Assembly: GCF_009834535.1 (NCBI RefSeq)
Contig: NC_045697.1
Location: 86,306,001 to 86,370,000, forward strand
DNA: 64,000 bases
Reading direction: 5' to 3'
Source: Camelus ferus
Lineage: Eukaryota
This document shows, piece after piece, positions 1-13,474 of the stretch. Position 1 is the first letter of the stretch. Each line of letters begins with the position of its first letter. The translations under genes were made by a program, and so were the position numbers. The notes under the pieces are model-generated. The model searched no databases, was not told where the DNA came from, and saw nothing but the letters and a program-made list of their open reading frames with translations.

Positions 1-1040
1 TTATTTCTAAGTATTTTTACTGTTTTTGATGCTATTGTAAACGGTATCAATTTATTTATTTTTCAGAAAATTCATTGCTTGTGTAAAGAAATGGTACTGA
101 TTTTTGTATGTTAATTTTGTATCCTACAACTTTACTGAATTCACTGGTTAAATCTAACTGTATTTTGGGTGAGTCTAGGTTTTTCTATGTATAAAATCTT
201 GTCACCTGCAAATATAGTCAGTTTTACTTCTTCCTATCTAATTCTGATAACTTTTATTTCTTTTTTTTTTTTTTTTTTTTGGCCTGGTTGCTCTAGCTAG
301 GACTTTCAGTGCTCTATTGAATAGGAGTGATGCAAATGGGCACACTTGTCTTGTTCCTGATCTTAGAGGAAAAGCTTTCAACTTTTCCCCGTTAATTATG
401 ATGTTAGCTATGAGTTTGTCATATATGTCCTTTATTATGTTGAGATGTAGTTCTTCTATGCCTAATTTATTAAAAGTTTTTATTATAAATGGATGTTGAA
501 TTCTGTCAAAGCTTTTTCTGTGTCTATTGAGATGATCATATGATTCTTTTATTTCATTCTATTAATATGATGTATTACATTGATTGATTTGTATATGTTG
601 AATCATCCTTGCATCCCAGGGATACATGTCACTTGATCATGGTGAATGATTTTTAATGTGCTGCTGAATTCTATTTGCTAGCATTTTATTGAGGATATCT
701 GCATCTATATTCATCATTGATATTGACCTGCAGTTTTCTTTCCTAGTAGTGTCCTTTTATGGTTTTGGTATCAGGATAATGTTAACCTCATAAAATGAGT
801 TTGAGAGTATTTCCTCTTTTTTGATTTTTTGGGAGCGCTTGAGAAGGATTGGTGTTAATTCTTCTTTAAATACTTGGTAAAATTCACCAGTGAACCTATT
901 TGGCCCTGGGCTTTTCTTTGTTGGGAAATTTTTGAATCTCCTTACTAGTAATTGGTCTTTTCCAATTTTCTATTTCTTTCTGATTCAGTCTTGGTAAGTT
1001 GTATGTTTCTAAGACTCTTTTAATTTCTTCCAGGTTGTCT
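1..1040 (-). mobile_element. L1 ORF2 fragment (reverse-transcriptase region), degenerate
   Basis: Reverse complement of 340-410 encodes [21 protein letters not shown], a canonical L1 RT motif. Confidence 0.95.
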
Positions 1041-1318
1041 GAAATGCCTTTATTTAAGCATGCATCTCTTTAAGAAAACCCAATACAGATAATTAAAATT
1101 AAATAAATTTGAGTGATTATTTGCTGTACAAAATATATTCATTTTAATGAAACTGGTTCTTTAAATATCTAGCTTATTCATTAAGTAAACAATTATTGAG
1201 TACTGTTAGTGTCAGCCATTATTCTTATGCTACAAAAAGTGTTGAATGAGAAAAACATGGTTCCTACCCTCATGGAATATACTATCTAAACTTTATGTGC
1301 ATTTAAAATAAAACTTAC

Positions 1319-1346
1319 TTAAAAAGAAATTACTTCAGGAACGTAT
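1319..1346 (-). pseudogene. Candidate pseudo-exon, 28 nt (IRS*SNFFL)
   Basis: gttttttcaatag| ... TAA|gtaagt. Confidence 0.5.
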
Positions 1347-1516
1347 CTATTGAAAAAACCCAAAATATATAGTGGATATAAACCTTAGGCCACAAATTCA
1401 ATTGTGCAAGACTTTGACTGTATTTAGTTTCAATTATTCAACCAACTTTCTATTTTAACCCTTAATTCCACTTAGATAGCAGCACGTTAACCTTGTCAAC
1501 TCATTGTTCCCCATAC

Positions 1517-1637
1517 CCCCTTCACAAGAGAAGGGGTGGTCTCAGTTTGAGGGCCTTCACAATGCCAGGACATGGGAGATGGCACAATCTGGGACATCCA
1601 GGTCACCACTGAAATGCTTTCTTCATTTCCTGTTCCC
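1517..1637 (-). pseudogene. Candidate pseudo-exon, 121 nt, phase 2-0 (GTGNEESISVVTWMSQIVPSPMPWHCEGPQTETTPSLVKG)
   Basis: taatttttcag| ... GGG|gtatgg; frame open. Confidence 0.45.
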
Positions 1638-2373
1638 CTGAAAAATTATCAGGACCATCAGATGCTAAATCACACTAGATAACACTAGATAACAATTTGA
1701 AGATGCAGAAATATTTCTGCTGCTGTGTTGCCATGTGAGGCATGGAAGTTTCTATAAAGCTGTCCATGACCCATGAACCTGGAAGCTCATGCATTCATTC
1801 CTTATCTGGGTTTTTCTGCTGCAACCCTGGACTCTGCCCTAGAAGGAAATGGATCTTTTTTTTGGCCTATATTCTAGTCTATGATACTCTCCCTCCTCCC
1901 TTCTTCCCCAAACATACACATATTCACACACTTGGCAAGGAAAATATGATCTTCTTGAAAATGAGATAATACCTCAAAAGGGAAAAAAATTTAGCTAATA
2001 TCACAAAACTATTTTCCCATATATAGTATCCAAACATATATAGTGCCTATGATAAAATTATTGTGAAGCAAAATGCTTGTGTGTACATCACTTTGAAAAA
2101 TGATCTGCATAAGCTAAAACTTAAAAAGAGATGTGTAATAAATAAACATGCCCATAACTCTTCTTCACTGCCCTCTACTTTACTCATAAATAACAATACT
2201 CATAAAATTTCATCATGAGGAATTACAAACATTCCTAAAGAACTATCATAAAGCACATTTCAAAAAAAGCAAGGCATCAAAATAAAATGAAAAATGTACT
2301 CCTCCACACAGTGAATCTCAAATAAAAAAATAGAAAACAAAGTCTAAAAATGTAATATTAAAAACAATAGACA

Positions 2374-2530
2374 GGGGGAGGGTATAGCTCAGTGGCAGAA
2401 CTCATGCCTAGCATGCGCAAGGTGTTGGGTTCAATCCCTGGTATTTCCATTAAATAAATACATACATAAATGTATTTACTTACTCCTCCCCTGCCAAAAA
2501 CCCCAAAACAAACAAACAAAAGAAGACAAA
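2374..2530 (+). mobile_element. Camelid vic-1-type tRNA-derived SINE
   Basis: GGGGGAGGGTATAGCTCAGTGG A-box, GGTTCAATCCC B-box, A-rich tail. Confidence 0.9.
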
Positions 2531-3314
2531 AAGGGGGGAAAACCCATAAGACAAAACTATTTCAAAATGCTGCTCTGTGTGAGTGTAATTTATCAACGCC
2601 ACCTCTTCCCATGGGCCGCCACCAGTGATTTTTTTTTAAGGCAACCAAAGGGTCTATGTAAGGCCTTCGTGTGATTCTAAATATATTCAAAACTCAGGAG
2701 GAAAAATCTTTCTAAAAATGGTATCAACTCCAGAAAAAAGGTACAGCAGAATTTTTTTTTTTTTTAGCTCTCAGGCCTTATTGTAGTAATAGACTGTGAT
2801 CCCAGCCTAGCCTGCACTGAGGAAAGCAGACACTAGACTCTAAGGCCAGAGCTGCTCTCAGGGTCTCGAGTGCTGTGTGTAAAATCAGAGTCTGACCCAT
2901 TTTATGTCAGACTCTGAGCTCTCAGTCACTGCCTCTTATATTCCTCCTAGCTCACCCTGTCACCATCAGTCTGCTCCAGTTAAGCAAAATGCAATAATTG
3001 CACATTCTGTATAGGACTACACTTAATAATCCAAGAATAAACAGAACAGTATTACTATAGTTGTACCAGAATAATTTGATTAAACGTGAGGCTAACAGGA
3101 GGGAGATAGAAATTCATGAAGCGGCAAGTGTGGTGGGGGATAGCCCCAAGGCCTTTCTGGGACCGGGTGAATCCTGACCATGGATGCCAGGTCAGGCTGG
3201 ATAGTTCAGCCTTTTGTCTAGTGAAATAAAAAACAAAGCAGCATATGTAAGTATCTCTTTTGTAATCATTAGGAAACTCAATGATTTTAGGAGTCTGCTC
3301 CTAGCTAATTTGAC

Positions 3315-3550
3315 CTCATGGTAAATGGACTCTGGGACAAAAATGGCTTTTCTAAAACGGCGGGAAAATTGCCTCCCCTTGTGCCCTGGATTAAAGCAGG
3401 ATCTGTGTCTAGTGTGTCTTTGGGGTGGACTCCTTGGTTTCAGGAGGGAGCTCTTTAGGGATGTGATCCTCTGTGAGGACCTTGGGGTGGTCCTATTAGG
3501 GGTGATCTCTGCCCGAATAACCTCACACCAGGCTCTCAGGCTGTGAGTAT
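3315..3550 (-). pseudogene. Pseudo-exon, about 236 nt, phase 1-0 (DTHSLRAWCEVIRAEITPNRTTPRSSQRITSLKSSLLKPRSPPQRH...FVPESIYHE)
   Basis: ctttcatattattgaacag|; frame is stop-free for about 120 codons; donor GAG|gtcaaa is weak. Confidence 0.5.
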
Positions 3551-3929
3551 CTGTTCAATAATATGAAAGGTATGGTTGGGATAGGGGAGCGGGATGTGAG
3601 TGTACAGAAAAGTTTTGGGTTGTTTTCCCTCCACTGGTCCCTCCGTGCCTCACCCATGCTGGTAGTTAAGTTCTTGGGGGAGGACTCTGACAGCTCTGAC
3701 CAGTCCCAAGGTATCTGTTTAGGCAAAGTGAGAGCAAGGCCTGAGGGAGGCAGCAAGGGTTACTCTCGCCTCATCCATTTCTCTTGCTTCTATTGGAAGG
3801 GCATTTTTCTGCTCCCCTCCTAACAAGGAACCCCAGGTCTCCATCCTTCTGTGTCTCTTAGGAAGTGCCGAACTCCCGGTCATCTCTGCGCTCAGGGGAC
3901 AAAGGAGAACAAAAGGGAAATCGCCATTC

Positions 3930-4190
3930 TAATAGGAGCTCAAGTTCATTTGACACTTACTACGTGCCACACGCTGTGCAGGGGACTTCTGCATTTGTAC
4001 CTTGTTTCCTCACATCCTGTTGAATGGACAGGCTAGTGACTATCCTATTTCATTCTTGCAAAGAAGGAAAATGAGGTTTCCCAGACAGGTTAGGTAACTT
4101 TTCCAGGGTCACACAGTTCACAAGTGGTTGGCTGTGACTTGAACCTGGCACTGTGGCCCGAGAGTCCCCCTCCTAACCACACATGCTGTT
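3930..4190 (-). mobile_element. MIR
   Basis: gaaaatgaggtt...ggttaggtaacttttccagggtcacacag core. Confidence 0.75.
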
Positions 4191-4288
4191 GCTGACTCCT
4201 TGTTAGGAAATGAGGAGGGGGAGGAGGCTCCTGGGATTACCAGGGACATTTGCTGACCCCTTCATTTTCTCTTTTATCATTTGCTTTA

Positions 4289-4320
4289 TTGTTATTTTTG
4301 GGAGGATGGGGAGATAATTA

Positions 4321-4351
<31 letters not shown>

Positions 4352-4422
4352 AGTACTGGGGATTGAATGAGAACCTCATGCGTGCTAAGCAGGCACTCTA
4401 CCATTGAGCTATACCCTCCCTC
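4289..4422 (-). mobile_element. vic-1-type SINE with (GATT)n tail
   Basis: 14-bp TSD tatcatttgcttta at 4275-4288 and 4423-4436. Confidence 0.92.
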
Positions 4423-4859
4423 TATCATTTGCTTTAAGTTCACAAACCATTATTGAGCTCTGTGTGAGACACTGTGCTAGGCTCTTGAGGTATAGAAATG
4501 ACAATGTAATTTATTTCTCTATATATGAATATAAAATGCTTTCATGTTTCCTTTTTACAGTTTATAAAGAGGTGAAGTAAGGCTAACAGAGGATAATATA
4601 CCATTAAAAAATAGAATCCTAATTACATAATAATAATAGATTACTAATTACAGTCTAAAAAACAACTATTCATCAAAATTAAATTAGTTCTTTAGAGCCT
4701 TCATTACTTTTTTAAAGATTTGATTTATTGAGGAATAACATACAAACAGTGAAATGCACAGACATTAATTGTAACTTGGGTGCATTTTAACAAACTGCAT
4801 ACATCTGTCATGACTATTTTTTAATACAGAATAAAATATGAAGTGCATAAAACATGGAT

Positions 4860-5625
4860 GCCCTCATTAATTAATTCTTTTATCCAGAAATATTCATTGA
4901 GTTCCTACTATGTGTTAGGCACTCAAAGGAATAGAGCAGTGAATAACAGTCACTGCCATTACAGCTGTGACACTGTAATTACATTCTACACAATGGAAAA
5001 AAAAAATAAGCAAATGCAAAATATGTCAAGAACTGGTAAGCACAACAAAGAAAAATAAAGGGAACAGAGTGTTATAGGATTGGGGGAGGTTGTGCTATTT
5101 TAGATAGGATACTTGGAAAGGTCTCATTGGCAAAGAGACATTTGAGCAAAGCCTGAAGGCCATGAGGCATGCAGATGTCTGGGGATGACAGCATCGGGCA
5201 GAGGAGACAGCAGTACAAAGGCTCTGTGCTTCATGCCCAGTATGGCCAAGGACCTGCAGGGAGGCCTGTGTGGCTTACAGAGTAAAGACCCAAGAGGCGG
5301 TTAAAGGCCAGACCCTCTCCAGCCTTGTAGGATTTGATCCTAAGTGAGACAGAAAGCTTCTAGACTGTATTAAGGAGAAACGTGTTTTACAAATCTGACA
5401 TGTTTTACAAAGGTCACTCTGACTATTGTATTTAGTGAATCAACTGAAGGGGAGGTGGGGAGAATGCAGGGAGGAAACTAGTGAAATAGTCCCTGCAGGA
5501 GATGATGGTTGCCTGGACTAGGGTGGCAGCAGGGGATGAAAAGTAGTGGATTCTGGCATGTTTTTAAAGCTGAAGTCAACAGGATTTGCTGATGGAGGAG
5601 ATGTGCTGTAAGAGAGCCTCCAAGG
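4860..5625 (-). mobile_element. L2 3' fragment
   Basis: tattcattgagttcctactatgtgttaggcac end motif; ggatttgctgatgga motif. Confidence 0.8.
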
Positions 5626-5629
5626 CCAT

Positions 5630-5965
5630 TCCTGCAGCTTTTGGTTGCAAATCATAATAAATCCAATTAAAAAGGGCTTAAACAATTAGAATATTTATTA
5701 CCTTAATTACAGTAGGAGAACCCATTTTTTTCCATCTTCCTACTCAGCTATCCTCATGTCTACTAGCTTTCTTCGTGATCAGAGATGGACTCACCAGAAG
5801 CAGAAAAAGCCTTTTTCATCATTGTGAATCTTTGTCAGCAAAGAAGCCAGAAGTAATCACCATCAGATTCCTCCCATGGTTCATTTGCCCGAATTGTGTC
5901 ATATTCCACCTCTAAGCCAATCATTGGCAAAGGAATAGACCCCCATGATGACTGGCTTAATCAAT
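5630..5965 (-). mobile_element. Old MaLR LTR (MLT1J/K/L-like)
   Basis: cttttggttgcaa...ggcttaaacaa; aagccaatcattggcaaagg motifs. Confidence 0.6.
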
Positions 5966-5982
5966 AAAGATTATTTAATACA

Positions 5983-6190
5983 CATTACTATATATAAAAT
6001 AGATAAACAAGGATCTACTATATATGTAGCACAGGGAACCATGTGCAATTTCTTGTGTTGAGCTATAATAGAAAATAATCTGAAAAAATATATATGCATA
6101 GTATGTATATGCATAACTGAATTGCTTTGCTGTACACCTGAAACTAACATTGTAAATCGACTACTCTTCAATAAAAAATAAGAATTAAAA
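5983..6190 (+). mobile_element. Cetartiodactyl L1 3' end, 5'-truncated
   Basis: aaatagataaacaagg...tagcacagggaac...gctgtacacctgaaactaac...aataaaa. Confidence 0.9.
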
Positions 6191-7064
6191 GGATAAGGAT
6201 TATTTACCCAAATCGTGTGGGAAAGGTGTTATCAGAAAAAAAATGTTAAGTCAAAATAAAAGGTAGGGGGAATAGCTGTTTGTTGGAAAACCAACAAAAT
6301 CTAATACTGAGTGATAACAATTCCAATCAACACAGTAGCGAACTACACTACCAGTTAGTCATATGTGTAAAGGAAAGAACACAAGATGGCAAATCAGAAG
6401 CTCTCTGTTACTACCAACTAGCTGGAGACCCTGGGAAACCATAGATGTTTTCTACATCTTTATTTCTTCATCTACAAAGTGAGGGTGTTTGACTGAATGC
6501 AAAGACTCCATTCTATGTTTTTAGCCTAGCACTTTGGACTATTAGAAACATAGTAAACAGAGTGGCTTACAGATGCAGTAGGAATTCAGAGAACAGAAAA
6601 ATAGAATAAACTGTAAGGGTGCAGGGAAAAGAGGCAAGAACACAGGGTGGGTATGGGAGGGGTGGAAGACGGGGTAAAACTGGCCAGAAATAACAAACAC
6701 AGAAATAGGTGCTGGAGGAAAAGCGAAGCGAGGGTACTGATCTAGAGAGGAGGCTGAGTATTGGATAATGGTGTCCAAACATACTGAGTGTGGTTGTATT
6801 TTTTGGAGCGTTTTGAAAAGCTGGCTGACTTGGTTCAAAATTTTCTAAGGGCAGAGACATGATAATATCTTTAAGAAGATTAATCTGACACTGAGCATTA
6901 GATATACCAATTGCATTATAAAGGAGAAAAAACTAGAGACAGGAAAAGCAACAGAAAGAAAGATGCATAATCCAAGAGTGAAATGGTGAATTCATGGTAT
7001 TTCAGAAGAAGAGAAGAGCTAGAACATGTCAAGTCTGATTTTCAGTTGAAAGTTACCCTAAAAG

Positions 7065-7320
7065 ACAATAAATGGTTGAGAATCCAGGCTCAGGAGTCAA
7101 AAGGACCCAGATTAGAACTCCCGCACACCTCTCCCTGGCTGCTTACAAACTTTGGCAGATAACTTGAACTCTGTGCTCTGATTTTCTTGTCTGAAAAATT
7201 GTAATACTAATATTACAATACTAACCCATGGGGTTATTGGGAGGATTAAGTGAAAAATGACTACATAGCACTAGTACTATGTTTTGGAAATAATATATAC
7301 TCAGTAAATAACGATGATTT
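7065..7320 (+). mobile_element. MIR
   Basis: gggttattgggaggattaagtga core. Confidence 0.7.
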
Positions 7321-7449
7321 TCATGAATATCGTTATTATTAGTGTGGGTGTTGTTTTTATCATTATTATTATTCAGCAGCAAAATTCTGGACACATTATT
7401 AAATTGAGAGCTTGTGAACTCCTAGAAAAAGTCACTGTAAGCCAATTTT

Positions 7450-7919
7450 TTTTAGGTTTGTTTGTTTGTTTACATTGAAATATAGTCAGTTTACAATGTT
7501 GTGTTAGTTTCTGGTATACACCATAGTGATTCAGTTATACATATATATTCCTTTTCACATTTGTTTTCATTATAGGCTATTATAAGGTGTTGAACACAGT
7601 TCCTGTGCTACAAGTAGGACCTTGTTTATCTGTTTTATGTATAGTAGTTAGTATCTGCAAATCCTGAAATCCCACTTTATCCCTCTGTTACCCACTTTCT
7701 CCCCTGGTAACCATAAGGATTTTTTCTATGTCTGTGAGTCTATTTCTGTTTTGTAAATAAGTTCATTTGTATCCTTTTTTTAGATTTCACATATGAGGGA
7801 TGTCATGTGGTATTTTTCTTTCTCTGTCTGACTTACTTCACTTAGTATGATCATCTCCAGATCCATCCATGTTGCTGCAAATGGCATTATTTTATCCTTT
7901 TTTATGGCTGAGTAGTATT

Positions 7920-7976
<57 letters not shown>

Positions 7977-8440
7977 CTTACAACTTCTTTATCCAGTCAT
8001 CTGTCAATGGACATTTAGGTTCCTTCCATGTTTTAAGCCAATGTGTTTTTCATTTCTTCCTTTGGTGTTTTTTATATTCATCATGCTGTACATTACATCC
8101 CTAGTACTTTTTTATTTTATAACTGAATGTTTGTGCCTTTTTGCTGCCTGCATCCAATTCCTCCCTGCCCCACCACTTCTGGTAACCACAAATCTGATCT
8201 CTTTTTCTATGAGTTTGCTTGTTTTTGTTGTTGTTGTTGTTGTTTGTTTGTTTTTGAAGTATAATTCAAAACTATATTACTTCCTGGTATAGAAATACTG
8301 AATCCTAGTGATTCAATACTTCTGTACATTTCAAAATGATCACCATGATAAGTCTAGTTACCTTCTGTTACCATACAAAGCCCACACTGTATACTTCATA
8401 CCTATGATTCATTCACTTTGCAACTGGAAGTTTGTACCTC
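7450..8440 (-). mobile_element. Two adjacent L1 3' ends (ORF2 C-terminus and 3' UTR), one containing (GT)n
   Basis: tctgacttacttcacttagtatgatcatctccagatccatccatgttgctgcaaatggc. Confidence 0.9.
7924..7974. repeat. (GT)n microsatellite
   Basis: Direct reading. Confidence 0.98.
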
Positions 8441-8539
8441 AAAAACTCCTTCATCTCTTTGGCCACACCTGGATCTCATTCACCTCTCCTTGTCAGGACT
8501 CCCATCGTGTTTACCCTTCCCTTGTATTTCCACCACAGT

Positions 8540-11270
8540 TTTACCATAAATGTATACATCTCTAAACAACATTTTATTTAATTTTGCTTGTTTTTGGACT
8601 TTATTAGAATGAGGTTATACCATATGTAATTTTCTGTGACTTACTGTTTTTTACCATTTTTTTTTTTGCAAAGGGTTGCAATTTATTCATTTTTTTCATT
8701 GTTTACAATATATCCTGTTGTATGACTATGCCTCACTTTATTTATACATTTCTCTACTGCTGGACATTTGGGTTGTCCCTCCCTTTTTTCTTTTTTTTTT
8801 TTTTTTCTATTAATAACAGTGGTGCTGTGAACATTTTTGTATGTCTACTGGTGTGTATATGCAAGAGATTCCCCCTAAGGTATATATACCTACAGCTGGC
8901 ACTCTGGGCTTATGATGCTCTGCAACCTTAGATAGCACCAATGTTTTTCCTGAGGGGTTGTACCAATTCAGACCGCTACAGCAATGTATAAAAGTTTTCA
9001 CTATTCCATATTTTCTCCAACTTTGTGTTATCAGACTCTGATTTTCCCCTAATTTGTGGGATATAAAATATATCTCTTACGGTTTCAATTTGCATTTTCT
9101 TTTATTACTCAAGAGATTGGACATCTTTTCATATATTTTAATAGTTTTCATGTTTCCTCTTCTTTTGAAATGCTTATTCATGGCTTTTTCCCTTTTTTCT
9201 TATATTTGATTTCTTGTTTCTTTCATCATGATTTGTGACAAATCTTTGGATATCAATCTTTTATTCATTATATGTGAATTTGCTGTATTTTATATGCATA
9301 AATACAGTTGATGGATTTTTAAAAACTTCATGATTTTTTAATAAAAAGAAATTCTTAATGTTATCATAGTCAAATTTATCAATCTCACCTTTTATGGTTA
9401 ATGCTTTTTTCATCTTGTTTGAAAAAATCTTCTCTACTCTGAGAGTTTAATGATATACTCCTTTATTTTCTTCTAAAACTGTGTCGTATCTTTGGATCTC
9501 TTACTGTTTTTTGTGTATTGTGTAATATAGAAAATTCTATTTCACTTTTTCCCATGTGGATTACTTATTGTTTCAGCATTTATTGAATACTCTTTCCTTT
9601 CCTCAGTATATACAATGCCGTCTCTTCCATATTTCAAGCTTCTATGAAGTGTGAATCTGTTTCTGGGCGTTCTACACTGTTTCAGTGGTCATCTTGGCTC
9701 TCTCTGCACCTAGGCACATAATCCATTACTATCACTTCATAGCATATCTGCACATCAAGTGGACTTTGTTCTTATTCAGGAGTCTCTTGGCTAATTTTTA
9801 GGACCTCATGGTTGCTTATAAGATAATTGAGCTACTTAAAAAGAAATTATTGAGGTCATGAATGAAATCTCATTGAATCTATAGATTAAATTGGAATTAA
9901 TTAACAGTTTTGCAGTTGCAAGTTTCTTTTCCAAGATTTTTCATGATATATTTCAACAAAGTTGAAATTTTTCTCCATAAAAGGCCTTGCACATTTATTC
10001 TTACATTTATTCCTAAATATCTTATTTTTTGCTGCTGTTATGAATGGTATGTGTTTTTAAAAATTATTTATATTATTTTTCTGTGTATTGCTGGAGTATA
10101 GAAATCCAATTAATTTTTGTATACTTGATCTTATAGTCAGCCACCTTTCTAAACTCTGTTATTAATTTCAAGATATAAATTCTTTGGGATTTTCTGTGTC
10201 GCCACTCATCTCTCTGAATAAAGACATTTTCCCCCCTTCTTCCACCTTTCTAATATCTTTCACTTCTTTTTTTGTCCTATTGACCTAAAATATAATGTTG
10301 AGAACAAGCAGTGATGGTGATGTTTGTCTTATTTCTGATTTTAGAAGTTACATGTCCAGCATTTTATCATTTAGGTTAGTATTTCTTATAGGTTTCTGTT
10401 TTATACTTTTTTTTCCTGATCAAAGAAGTTCCTTTTTATTCCTGTTTTGCTAAAAATTCAAACATTAGTTACTTTTAATTTGTTAAAAGTTTTCCTTATC
10501 TATTAAAAAATCAAATAGTGCCTTTTCCTTTAATAAAATAATATAGTGAATTACATTTATTGATTTTTAATGTAAAATAATTCTTGCATTCCTAGGATAA
10601 TTCAATTTGTTTGTAATACATTATTTTGATTTGGTTTGGTAGTATTTTTCCTTACAATTTTTTGCATCTGTGTTCATAAATATAATTGGCCTTTATTTTC
10701 CTTTTTTATGCTGTTTTTATCTGGGTTTGTATCAGGATGATTAATTGTCTCATAAAGTGTTTCACTATCACCTTCCATCTAATGTTGCTGATGAGAAATC
10801 TTACACTAGTCTTTTAGTTCCTCTTTCCACTCCAGAAGTTGTTAGGGTTTTCTCTTATTTGTTGATGCTCTAAAATTTTATAGTATGTCTAGATATAAAG
10901 AGTTTGTTCTTGGAGGTGGTAGTGTTTTGTGTTATATTTGGAATTTAAAAAAAAACTCTTACTTGGCACTTGATGTGTTCTTTTAGCACAAGCACACAAG
11001 TCTTCCTTCATACTGGAAATTCTGTACTTATATGTAATAATATCAGAAGAGGCCTTAACATTTTTCTTTTCGTTCAGATTTACCATCTTTTTATCCTTTT
11101 GCTGCATTCTAGAAGAATTTCTTGTCTTGATCTTAAACTCATTAATTCATTCTTCAGTTATAGCTATTTTGCTACTCAAGCCATCTAGTCTTTTCTGTTT
11201 AAAGTCTTTAAAAATATGTAACCTCTAATTAATTCTTTCATGTAAATATGTAGTCTCAGTTTTTCTGACA
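8540..11270 (-). mobile_element. Ancient L1M (L1ME-like) fragments
   Basis: T-rich degenerate ORF2 and 3' motifs, e.g. tggacatttgggttgt, cttgcattcctaggataa. Confidence 0.8.
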
Positions 11271-11289
11271 GTTTCAAATGTATGAGCAA

Positions 11290-11560
11290 AAATTTGGATC
11301 AGACAAATCTAAATACAATAAGAGGCAAAAAAGAAAAAAGTTGGGGGAAATAACCAACTAGAAATTGTGCAAAGTACAAAGCATGGAAAAAAATTGGAGA
11401 AACGATTCTCAACATAATCAGTAAATCACAATGTGAATGTAACTAGCTTGTTAAAGAGACCAAAACTCTATGAAGTAAATTCAGCTACAAGCTGTTTATA
11501 AGAGAGATATTTATAAAAATAATTCAGGAAGTTTGAAAATAAAGATATAAAATAGATCTC
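11290..11560 (+). mobile_element. Ancient L1 inter-ORF/ORF2 start fragment
   Basis: Degenerate match to the start of the endonuclease domain. Confidence 0.55.
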
Positions 11561-11591
11561 ACATGCTGTGAAAATAGAAAATTGTAATTAC

Positions 11592-11639
11592 CATTTATTT
11601 TTATTTCATTCTTGATTAAATGGCAATTTAGTGAAGAAC
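11592..11639 (-). pseudogene. Pseudo-exon, 48 nt, phase 1-1 (GSSLNCHLIKNEIKIN)
   Basis: tcttccttactttcaag| ... ATG|gtaatt. Confidence 0.6.
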
Positions 11640-11861
11640 CTTGAAAGTAAGGAAGACTATTAACAAATGCTATGAAAATGAATGCAAATTGCTGAACTGA
11701 ACAAAGCCTACTGTAATATGAATAAATGTAAAAATTTAAAGTAATTTCAAGACATTTACTTTAAGGGCACTAAGAAAATAAATATTGGTCAAGTTAAGGT
11801 GAACATCCTTTCTTGTCAGGTTTATGTTTACTGTACATCTTGCCCAGGTAAAACAGTTTCT

Positions 11862-11985
11862 GAGGCAGGGTGGGTAACTCAGTGGTAGGGCATGTGCTTA
11901 GCGTGCATGAGGTCTTAGGTTCAATTCCCAGTACCACTAATAAATAAATAAATAAATAAATAAAAATAAACAAATAATGAAATTG
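11862..11985 (+). mobile_element. vic-1-type SINE with (TAAA)n tail
   Basis: aactcagtggtag...ggttcaattcccagtacc. Confidence 0.85.
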
Positions 11986-12163
11986 AGTCTTTTTCTAAGA
12001 CCATTTACAACAAGAGGCAAAGAGCTGTCTGATAATGTTGAGCAGTTTGTTTTAAACACCTCAGAGATGGTTGAGCTATGACCTTGAGACCATGAGAACT
12101 ACTGTATTTGCTATAGGAACAGACTTGTCAACATGTTAGTCATAGAAAACCATGCTTGCTCAC

Positions 12164-12248
12164 CTAATACTGTGAACTCTGGTTTAGGCATAAATTTTAG
12201 TACTAATCTTGTAATAAATAGCCCACTATTGGTATCTCATTGTTGCTG
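12164..12248 (-). pseudogene. Pseudo-exon, 85 nt, phase 0-1 (QQQ*DTNSGLFITRLVLKFMPKPEFTVL)
   Basis: gttgttagtttcag| ... TAG|gtgagc; one TGA. Confidence 0.55.
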
Positions 12249-12872
12249 CTGAAACTAACAACGATTATAATAAAGACTGTGCAGATTTTCTCAGGATTAA
12301 GAAGAGAAATAAAAGCAGTGCTTTTTTCTTTCTTTCTTTCTTTTTTTACAGGTAAAGTAAATAAGTAACGTTTTTAAAAAATAAGTAAAAGCCTATTTTC
12401 ATAAGTAAATAAGTGACTCAGGTTAACTTTTAAAATATTTTTAATTAAAAAGTTTTAATAGATAGTACATATACAGGGTTCCACTTTTATTAGTTTTGTA
12501 TGTGGATGCATCAGGGTTTGCCTTGGGCTTCAGTATTCAGCCAACATGATTTTCAGCTTTTGCTTGGGCCTCAGTATTGTGGAGACTGAGCAACCAAATA
12601 CCTATTTCTATGTCATTTATTATTCTATCCTAGGGAGGTTTCTGAAATTGGTGTGCATAAAGGGATAACTGACATGAGTTGGAAAGTCAGAGGTAATTTT
12701 ATTATCTTGAAAGACATTTTTGAAGTTCGAATGCTACATCTCTGGATTCAAAATTGAATGATAAATTTTGTCTCAATTGAGTATATTAAGAATAAAAAAT
12801 ATAAGTAAAGGTAACAATCTGAAGTCTGTATATAGACTTTGTGGGACTGCTTCGCTGTGAATCCATCATTAC

Positions 12873-12920
12873 CATTGACCAAATCTCCAAGTCCAGGAGT
12901 TGAAGAGAAGCTGTCTTCAT
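12873..12920 (-). pseudogene. Pseudo-exon, 48 nt, phase 1-1 (YEDSFSSTPGLGDLVN)
   Basis: cttcttccctgatgcaactaag| ... ATG|gtaatg; preceding intron is only 69 nt. Confidence 0.45.
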
Positions 12921-12989
12921 CTTAGTTGCATCAGGGAAGAAGGCGAAATTAATACAACAGTGGCAATAGCATCATTTGCAGGACCTTAC

Positions 12990-13098
12990 ACTGCCAGAGC
13001 TGGCCAGGAAGGTCTCTTGCTCCCACATTCACTTCAGTTGAAAGAATGGAACTGGTATTAAAGATGTCCAGTATAATTTCCCATAGCTGCTGACTGTG
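12990..13098 (-). pseudogene. Pseudo-exon, 109 nt, phase 0-1 (HSQQLWEIILDIFNTSSILSTEVNVGARDLPGQLWQ)
   Basis: attctttttcag| ... AGT|gtaagg; frame open. Confidence 0.65.
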
Positions 13099-13213
13099 CT
13101 GAAAAAGAATTATTGCCTCTGCACTATGATGTCAACTGGTAAAATGTGACTAATAAATTTTAATAATAAAATTGTAATTATAACATAAGTTCAATTATAT
13201 TTCATATACTTAT

Positions 13214-13270
13214 ATCCCAAAAGGTCATTCTGCGATGATAATATTTGGTGTTGGCTGTGCGCTTAGTCAC
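13214..13270 (-). pseudogene. Pseudo-exon, 57 nt, phase 0-0 (VTKRTANTKYYHRRMTFWD) with dead donor
   Basis: aatcaatag| ... GAT|ataagt (GT>AT); open and in phase with the next exon. Confidence 0.45.
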
Positions 13271-13474
13271 CTATTGATTTTTAACATGCAGCCATTCAGC
13301 ATTTGGCCAAAATGAGTAGTCAGTGTCTCCCTATTTTCGTCTGTACTCTTCTAATATTTTTAAATGCAAATTCAAGCAAATTTTAGTATATATTCTTATT
13401 TTTCCCTTTCTAACATATGTACCACTCTGCACTTTAATATACTAGTTTCAAAATACAATCCAGAATCATAATTT

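Noticed and set aside
2374..2450. tRNA-like sequences (also at about 4350, 11865, 20610, 45260 and 59678)
   Set aside because: These are SINE heads with A/B boxes, A-rich tails and TSDs; they are diverged and are not tRNA genes.
2956..3217. Additional exon candidates 3067-3217 and 2956-3006
   Set aside because: The implied 60-nt intron is too short and the phases conflict. Some exonic sequence is probably here, but I cannot support the boundaries.
12480..12660. Faint resemblance of the minus-strand translation to Penelope-like or hAT transposon proteins
   Set aside because: No catalytic motifs or terminal repeats; the surrounding block is better explained by pseudo-exons.
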